64,000 nt of DNA. Origin: an uncultured Hormoscilla sp. GTDB taxonomy: Bacteria > Cyanobacteriota > Cyanobacteriia > Cyanobacteriales > Desertifilaceae. Within the stretch, counting starts at the first letter, position 1; each line of letters begins with the position of its first letter. The DNA lies in the NCBI GenBank assembly GCA_963921275.4, contig OZ001293.3, forward strand, positions 4,704,001-4,768,000, read 5' to 3'. Both the position numbers and the translations under genes were made by a program. The notes below the pieces were generated by a model. The model did no database searches. It was not told the origin of the DNA and saw only the letters and a list, made by a program, of their open reading frames with translations. Below, one piece after another: positions 63,553 through 64,000 of the stretch.

Positions 63553-64000
63553 GTATCTATCGTCACATTTTTTGGGTGACTTCAGTCACATACGGGGGGG
63601 TGGGGCGGCGCTATTATGCGGCTGGCTCCCTCGGCTATAATTTCTGTATGGCTTCAGTTCTTATCTACATACCGAGGGCGACGTTGGGTCGCCAAAATGG
63701 GTGACTGTCGCCTTGTAATTTACCAGAAAACGGTATTTTTAGACAAATAAATTTGGCAAAATTGCTGTTTGAGTGGTCAAAATTTTTCTAAGTAGCAACT
63801 TGGGTTATGTATGGGCAGAAATTATCACGCTTGAGGTCGAACGGCCAGAGTAATGATCGTACATGTCTGAAGCGATCGGAAGTTGATGCCGTGTTTCCGG
63901 GCAGGTAGGGCCGCCGAAGTTACCTGTGGGTCGCGCCGGGGCAGGTCAGCAGTATTATTATTGATCCGGCAGCTATGCCCCGATCGCCCAGATGCGAACC

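Noticed and set aside
63093..64000. ORFs at the window end
   Set aside because: Short, repeat-derived or stop-interrupted; no product can be supported

Overview
Cyanobacterial chromosome segment: abundant HIP1 GCGATCGC sites, psaF-psaJ, rbcL-rbcX-rbcS, clpC, uvrA, gmk, tsaD, holB, tmk, pyrD and panB. It is heavily invaded by mobile DNA and rich in pseudogenes. The main structure is a stack of four nested group II introns (52093-58604). An RT/HNH intron interrupts a small host gene. A second RT intron sits inside the first intron's ORF, and two ORF-less introns sit inside the second, one of them antisense. Removing each layer restores the one outside it. The antisense 871-nt ORF-less intron also occurs inserted into a copy of itself (37852-39593). 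Other highlights: a family of ~45-bp hairpin repeats inserted in frame into uvrA, tmk and holB; MITE-like elements with GGGTGTGGTC ends and variable tandem-repeat cargo; IS982 and IS630 elements; an orphan PD-(D/E)XK nuclease gene pair; and a toxin-antitoxin cluster (30.4-36.8 kb) whose modules share repeated promoter/leader sequences. All product calls are from motif recognition by eye; no database searches were run.
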